Positions 59,224 to 64,000 of a DNA stretch of 64,000 nucleotides are shown here, piece after piece. A model generated the notes under the pieces. It saw nothing but the letters and a program-made list of their open reading frames with translations. It made no database searches and was not told the origin of the DNA. Positions within the stretch are counted from its first letter, which is position 1; each line of letters opens with the position of its first letter. The stretch is from Enterobacter phage phiEap-3, in sequence record KT321315.1; one strand, given 5' to 3'. The translations under genes and the position numbers were made by a program.

Positions 59224-59466
59224 ATGAAACTGACTAAGAAAATGACCGATGTAGTGGCATGTGCGTTTGCATTAGGCTACAAAGTTGAAAATCATCCAAC
59301 TCGCGTTGAAGTCATCAACCCTATCAAGGGCCGTCCTGGTTTGGTTCTGTGTGAAGACGGTACAGCATATCGTAATGATGTCTCTTTAGAACTGGCAACT
59401 ACTATCCGCACCGCAAAACAAATGAAAGATGTTCTCATTAGCGGCGCAAAATTGAGGGCTTTATGA
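59224..59466 (+). CDS. hypothetical protein (81 aa)
   Basis: AGGAG RBS 8 nt before ATG 59224; follows the nrdD terminator. Confidence 0.5.
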   Translation: MKLTKKMTDVVACAFALGYKVENHPTRVEVINPIKGRPGLVLCEDGTAYRNDVSLELATTIRTAKQMKDVLISGAKLRAL

Positions 59467-59960
59467 TGTATTGGACAAAAGATAAATTTGTTTTTCGTGA
59501 TGATACGTGCTTTGGGACTGCATACCGAAACTTAGCTATTCGTGGCGGTTCGTTTTCTGCTAATGATTTGTCTAAGGTAGTATTCCCTATTAAAGTTACT
59601 GAGTATGACGTATTCGGTGTTAAAGGGTTTACTGATTACTTTGGTACAAAGTTTGAATCGGAATCTTACATTTTTACTAATAACGATCGTGAATTGTTCA
59701 AAAAACACGTTGTTGTTAAAGAGAAACCGCTATTACCAAAAGAAGATGAAGCAAAGGAAATCTATGATCTCCTGAATATGCTTGATAATCTCGGTACTTG
59801 TCATCTGTTCGGTAAACGCGCCCGTAAAGCGAAAGATGTTCTCAATCTGTTACGCTCTCGCCGTAATTACCTGATCCGGGAAGCGGAACGTAATCTGAAA
59901 AATTCAGAAAAACAAGTTGATTTTCATAAATCAACCCTTGCGAAATTAAAGGCTTTGTGA
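59463..59960 (+). CDS. hypothetical protein (165 aa)
   Basis: ATGA-coupled ORF. Confidence 0.5.
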   Translation: MMYWTKDKFVFRDDTCFGTAYRNLAIRGGSFSANDLSKVVFPIKVTEYDVFGVKGFTDYFGTKFESESYIFTNNDRELFKKHVVVKEKPLLPKEDEAKEIYDLLNMLDNLGTCHLFGKRARKAKDVLNLLRSRRNYLIREAERNLKNSEKQVDFHKSTLAKLKAL

Positions 59961-60166
59961 TGTTTCCGTTATATGCTAAAGTGCGTCGAAATGTCGGTGA
60001 TTCATATCAGGAATGGAGTGAATGGCTACGCGAAACAAAGTCATTCTACATTTCAAAAGCAACTGATATGAAAGGTCGTAATATTCGCTATCGTAAACCC
60101 AGTGGTAAACGAGTGAATGGGATAGATTACATTGTTCTTGATTCGATTCGGGATGATATAAAATGA
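59957..60166 (+). CDS. hypothetical protein (69 aa)
   Basis: ATGA-coupled ORF. Confidence 0.45.
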   Translation: MMFPLYAKVRRNVGDSYQEWSEWLRETKSFYISKATDMKGRNIRYRKPSGKRVNGIDYIVLDSIRDDIK

Positions 60167-60675
60167 TTAGCAAGATCCTTGATAAGTTATTTCCTTCCCG
60201 TATTGTTGAACGCGAGAAGAGACAAAATCGTTTTCAGAACGCTATTGACTATCTTGAAGAAATTCGATTTCAGAAATTCCTTGAAGATAAAAAGATGCGT
60301 GAAGATGAGAAGCACCCAAATTCTAAAATGGCTGACGGTGTAACAAAATGCGCGGTTGGTCGGACGTGGAAACGAAAAGACTACAAGGATCTTGTTTCTG
60401 CGATACCACGCGGAAGCCTGGAAGATTACTCAAAAGCAACGGGCCGATCTTATACCGGATGTCTTAACAGACTCTGTATGATTGGTGTTGTTAAGAGAAT
60501 GACTCCTACGTATAATCATGTTTATATGGCTATCGTAAAGAAAAGAAGGTTGCAATTCTATGCAGCATCTGGGGAATCTATCAATCTAATTGATGATTTA
60601 ATTGAAGTTGGGTATGTAGACGACGGGAAATTTTTAAAAGCTCCTGATTATCTACGCGGTAAACTATTGAAATAG
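60163..60675 (+). CDS. hypothetical protein (170 aa)
   Basis: ATGA-coupled ORF. Confidence 0.5.
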   Translation: MISKILDKLFPSRIVEREKRQNRFQNAIDYLEEIRFQKFLEDKKMREDEKHPNSKMADGVTKCAVGRTWKRKDYKDLVSAIPRGSLEDYSKATGRSYTGCLNRLCMIGVVKRMTPTYNHVYMAIVKKRRLQFYAASGESINLIDDLIEVGYVDDGKFLKAPDYLRGKLLK

Positions 60676-60684
60676 GTATAAATT

Positions 60685-60936
60685 ATGATTTTCAACAAAG
60701 CAAATTCACGTAATTTGAACTATCTACGCTGTGAACTGGAAGCTAACGAAATTGAACTGTTTTTCTGTGGGGCTACAGATCCGGAACACAAATTGCATTG
60801 GGTATCAGGTGAGATTGTAAGCCTAACCGATCAGATTGTCGAAGAGGCTACCCGCCGCGATGCAATCGTTAAAATTGGTGCTGTTGATGTGAACTATGAA
60901 GGACATCCTTCATTTTTCATTCAATATTATCCATAA
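60685..60936 (+). CDS. hypothetical protein (83 aa)
   Basis: ORF in the same operon. Confidence 0.45.
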   Translation: MIFNKANSRNLNYLRCELEANEIELFFCGATDPEHKLHWVSGEIVSLTDQIVEEATRRDAIVKIGAVDVNYEGHPSFFIQYYP

Positions 60937-60996
60937 AAGTATTGACCTGTATAACTGAATGTAGTAACATCCTTCTTGTCAACTAAGGAGGATGTT

Positions 60997-61191
60997 ATGA
61001 AAATCAAAAACACTGCTACTGAAACTCTTTGCAACGAAATTGCAGAAATGTACTGGAGTAAAGGTCACTTAGAGGCTATGAAAGAGTTTCAAAAGTGGTG
61101 TGATACCCAAAAGTTAGCTAAATGGGAATACATCGTTATTGTTGAACGGATCAAAGAACTGATCCTCGTGAAGAAAGGTAACATGAAATGA
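60997..61191 (+). CDS. hypothetical protein (64 aa)
   Basis: AAGGAGG RBS at 60986-60992. Start chosen at MKIKN. Confidence 0.45.
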   Translation: MKIKNTATETLCNEIAEMYWSKGHLEAMKEFQKWCDTQKLAKWEYIVIVERIKELILVKKGNMK

Positions 61192-61715
61192 TTCAACTGA
61201 AATTAGACACAAATGCGGTGTTAAGCCTGTTTCCAGAAGGTTCAACCGCTCGCGTAGATCTCCAATCTGCTATCATCAAAAACGTGGTGAATAGCGTAGT
61301 TGGTAAGCGTGTTAGCGAAGAAATCAACAAACGGATCCAGGAACAGTTAGCTGTTCTAATGCCGAACTCATCCGAAATTACACAGGTCATCAAATCTGAA
61401 TTCTCGGATTACGTCGAAAAACGTTATGGGTATTCTAATGTTTTCGATGTCAATTATGGCAATGTTCGCGAACTGTCTGGTAAAATCAAAGAATCGGTAA
61501 AACAGCAATGCCAAACCATTCTTAAAGATATCGAGAAAGAGGCGATTGCTCATGCAACAGAAAACATTATTGCAGACGAAGCCGCGTTTATCGCTCGCGT
61601 CTCTAATCACCTGGAAGTTACTGTACGCAAAGCAGTAATGCAACGGGTTAACACTCAGTTCCCAGACATTATTGACGAAGCGATCAGAGAACGTCTGTTT
61701 GGTGAAAAAGCATGA
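61188..61715 (+). CDS. hypothetical protein (175 aa)
   Basis: ATGA-coupled ORF upstream of nrdG. Confidence 0.5.
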   Translation: MIQLKLDTNAVLSLFPEGSTARVDLQSAIIKNVVNSVVGKRVSEEINKRIQEQLAVLMPNSSEITQVIKSEFSDYVEKRYGYSNVFDVNYGNVRELSGKIKESVKQQCQTILKDIEKEAIAHATENIIADEAAFIARVSNHLEVTVRKAVMQRVNTQFPDIIDEAIRERLFGEKA

Positions 61716-62203
61716 ATTACGACCGCATCTATAATATGGATGTGGTCAACGGAAAAGGGATCCGTGTTGTTTTGTTTGTGACTGGATGCAATCATAAATG
61801 CGAAGGTTGTTATAACAAATCGACGTGGAACCCTTGCAACGGAACACCGTACACGGAAGAGACAGAAAACCATCTGATTTCTCTGTTGAGTAATCCGCAT
61901 GTTGATGGACTTACATTAACTGGCGGCGATCCGCTTTACCGTGACAACTATCCTACTATCCTAAAACTGCTTGAGCGCGTTTCTAAGGAACTTCCAAAGA
62001 AAAACGTATGGTTATGGACAGGATATACCCTGGAGGCTTTACAGGCCGACCCAGAACGTTCTAAGCTACTTCCTTACATTGATGTTCTGATTGATGGTAA
62101 GTATGAGAAAGATTTGCCAACGAAAAAGCCGTTTCGCGGTTCAGATAATCAACGTATGATCGAATTCGCTAAAAATTCGATAGAAATTAAAAATATTGCT
62201 TGA
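61712..62203 (+). CDS. nrdG: anaerobic RNR activating enzyme NrdG (radical SAM)
   Basis: CNHKCEGC (CxxxCxxC) cluster motif; 163 aa. Confidence 0.9.
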   Translation: MNYDRIYNMDVVNGKGIRVVLFVTGCNHKCEGCYNKSTWNPCNGTPYTEETENHLISLLSNPHVDGLTLTGGDPLYRDNYPTILKLLERVSKELPKKNVWLWTGYTLEALQADPERSKLLPYIDVLIDGKYEKDLPTKKPFRGSDNQRMIEFAKNSIEIKNIA

Positions 62204-62272
62204 CCTAATGTGTAACTATGGTAATCTTACCACATCGTAAATGACGATTAACTTTAATTGAGAGATAATATC

Positions 62273-63232
62273 ATGATCCTGAATTTCAAAACCCGTAAAG
62301 AAGCGCGTAACTACTGCTGGAAGTGGAACATTCCCCTGAAAACCATCCGTAATACAGGGCGCGGTTCTTGCCCGTGGACAGTTCAAGCAAATGAACTGAA
62401 AACGTTCGTGGTTGGTAAAACTTACAAACTGGTTGACCGTGAAGGGTTTACTACCAATTCACACGGCGGATCTAACACCGCAAACACTATCCAGGCGAGA
62501 CAGATCGAAAAATTCCTGAATAACGAGGTAAAAATTATCTCGAAAACCAATTCAGATACTTTCAAAATTGAGCATACTCCGGAAATGACTTTTAGCTCTC
62601 TGCGTTCGTGGGAAGCTCGTTATTTCGTCGAAGTTGGCGCGGCTCCGGTTAAGAAAACGAAAGCTAAACCGAAAAAAGTCAACGTTACGGCTCCGGTTGC
62701 ACCTGTTGCACCAGTAACCGCAGATCTTGATCAAATGCTTGATGGTGGTTCGGCAATGTCGGTTGAACTGGATCCGACTAAATTTGTTGAAGGCCGTTCG
62801 TATGTTCTGGTTAAGCCACACCAGTTTAGAACACGTTGTAGCGCTAACCACTCGATCAAATCATATACCGATGAACACAGTAATGGTGTATACACCGTTT
62901 ACCATACGAATAATCTCAATCAACATCAATTGAGCAAAACGGTAGAAACCATTGATTCCCCGACCGGAAAAGTTGGTTACTATCTGGTTGATTCTGAACG
63001 TTCGTTCTTCCGTGAACTGGCGACCGGAACTGTTGATGAACCTGTTAGCGTTTCCGGTAATAGCGCTATCGCTATCAACGTAGACGAAGCGGCTAAGAAA
63101 GAAGAAATCGCAAAAGCAATGGCACAGCTTGAAGAAGCGGTTAAAACCCATGATGACGCGCTTCAAAATCTGCGTACTGCTTCCGACCTGGTTCGCAAAG
63201 CTGCTCGTAAAGTAGCAGAAGTAAGCAAGTAA
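62273..63232 (+). CDS. hypothetical two-domain protein with Pro/Ala-rich linker (320 aa)
   Basis: Start at MILNFK; APVAPVAPV linker; C-terminal coiled coil; terminator downstream. Confidence 0.5.
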   Translation: MILNFKTRKEARNYCWKWNIPLKTIRNTGRGSCPWTVQANELKTFVVGKTYKLVDREGFTTNSHGGSNTANTIQARQIEKFLNNEVKIISKTNSDTFKIEHTPEMTFSSLRSWEARYFVEVGAAPVKKTKAKPKKVNVTAPVAPVAPVTADLDQMLDGGSAMSVELDPTKFVEGRSYVLVKPHQFRTRCSANHSIKSYTDEHSNGVYTVYHTNNLNQHQLSKTVETIDSPTGKVGYYLVDSERSFFRELATGTVDEPVSVSGNSAIAINVDEAAKKEEIAKAMAQLEEAVKTHDDALQNLRTASDLVRKAARKVAEVSK

Positions 63233-63247
63233 ATTAAACTGGGTGCT

Positions 63248-63272
63248 CCGGCACCCTTTTTTATGAGGTGAC
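63248..63272 (+). terminator. intrinsic terminator
   Basis: gggtgctccggcaccc followed by TTTTTT. Confidence 0.65.
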
Positions 63273-63274
63273 AC

Positions 63275-63943
63275 ATGGAATTATTAGCAGGTAAATCTTA
63301 TACCCTGAACATCGACGCTAAAGAATTTGCAGAAAAAACCTGGCGAAATGCTTTAGCTGAATTGATCAAAAACAACGGCTATATCACAATCGATCGTATT
63401 GCGATTGGTGATACTGAGGACATTGCTTATGTTCTGCAAGATGATTTCGAATACGAGATCCCTAGCCATATCTGGAAATACTTCAAAGCATATGATTTGC
63501 CGGAAGAAGAACCGAAGATCGCTACTAAAGAAGAAGTCGCCGCGCCTGTTTTAAATTTTGTATCTTCCGATCCTAAAATGTGGATGACTGTAAAACCTGT
63601 TCAACAAGATATCAATGATCTGCGATTTGATTATCCTTTTGTCAAGCGGATCACTTCGATTTCTGTACTACCAGCGCCGACTGATTCACAGGCACTTGAA
63701 TTTGCATTACAGCATGTTTTCGGTGATAATAAGCTGTACGCGATTGACAAGGAAGCTGCTATTGATGAACAGAAAAAGGAAATCATCAACCTTCTTTCTC
63801 TGCATCAACAACTTGAAGCGGTGGAATTGATTGAGCGTATGCTTTCTGATACAAAGAAAGATATCATTAGCAAAATCACTCCGGCACGAAGGAAAGCAAT
63901 TGATGAAAATCGAGATTTACGGTATTCCCGAATCGCTTCATAA
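63275..63943 (+). CDS. hypothetical protein (222 aa)
   Basis: ORF after a terminator. Confidence 0.5.
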   Translation: MELLAGKSYTLNIDAKEFAEKTWRNALAELIKNNGYITIDRIAIGDTEDIAYVLQDDFEYEIPSHIWKYFKAYDLPEEEPKIATKEEVAAPVLNFVSSDPKMWMTVKPVQQDINDLRFDYPFVKRITSISVLPAPTDSQALEFALQHVFGDNKLYAIDKEAAIDEQKKEIINLLSLHQQLEAVELIERMLSDTKKDIISKITPARRKAIDENRDLRYSRIAS

Positions 63944-64000
63944 ATGTTACGGCTGTATTGAAGCTCGGAAATTACTTGATGAGCATGGATTAGAATACGA
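63903..64000 (+). CDS. glutaredoxin/NrdH-like redoxin (N-terminal fragment, runs off window)
   Basis: MKIEIYGIPESLHKCYGCIEARKLL: CxxC active site in a thioredoxin-fold N-terminal context. Overlaps the previous ORF in another frame. Confidence 0.45.
   Translation, partial: MKIEIYGIPESLHKCYGCIEARKLLDEHGLEY

Overview
Most of this window is the virion-structure module of a T4-like (Tevenvirinae-type) myovirus. Product calls rest on my memory of T4 protein sequences, T4 gene order and motif recognition. No database search was possible.

Layout:
- 8.7-40.0 kb, plus strand: baseplate wedge/hub genes 53, 5, 6, 7, 8, 9, 10, 11, 12; fibritin (wac); neck 13/14; tail terminator 15; terminase 16/17; sheath 18; tube 19; portal 20; prohead core 67/68; protease 21; scaffold 22; major capsid 23; vertex 24. 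These are in T4 order, with T4 late promoters (TATAAATA) and hairpin terminators between them.
- Left of the module, minus strand: head-completion/tail genes 4, 2, 3, dNMP kinase 1, 57A, a 57B-like 2H phosphoesterase (anti-CBASS Acb1 family), a Nudix hydrolase, small unknown ORFs, and a partial ParB/DUF262 gene at the window edge.
- Right of the module: uvsY, uvsW/uvsW.1, hoc, and an accessory region with three HAD-type phosphatases, RNA ligase 2, a SLOG/DprA-like Rossmann protein, nicotinamide phosphoribosyltransferase (NAMPT), Dam methylase, glutaredoxin nrdC, endonuclease VII (49), anaerobic RNR nrdD/nrdG and many small unknown ORFs.

Unusual points:
1. A 688-aa ORF occupies the gp5-gp6 interval that in T4 holds the small 5.1/5.3/5.4 (PAAR tip) genes.
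2. An early-promoter cassette sits on the opposite strand between late genes 3 and 2 and encodes a protein with an internal-protein-like capsid targeting sequence.
3. Two AT-rich intergenic elements are very GATC-dense, in a phage that encodes Dam.
4. Fibritin ends in an Ig-like domain instead of a foldon, and a free-standing paralog of the Hoc C-terminal domain follows hoc.
5. RNA ligase 2 is translationally coupled to a SLOG-domain protein.

No tRNA genes, CRISPR arrays or introns were found.
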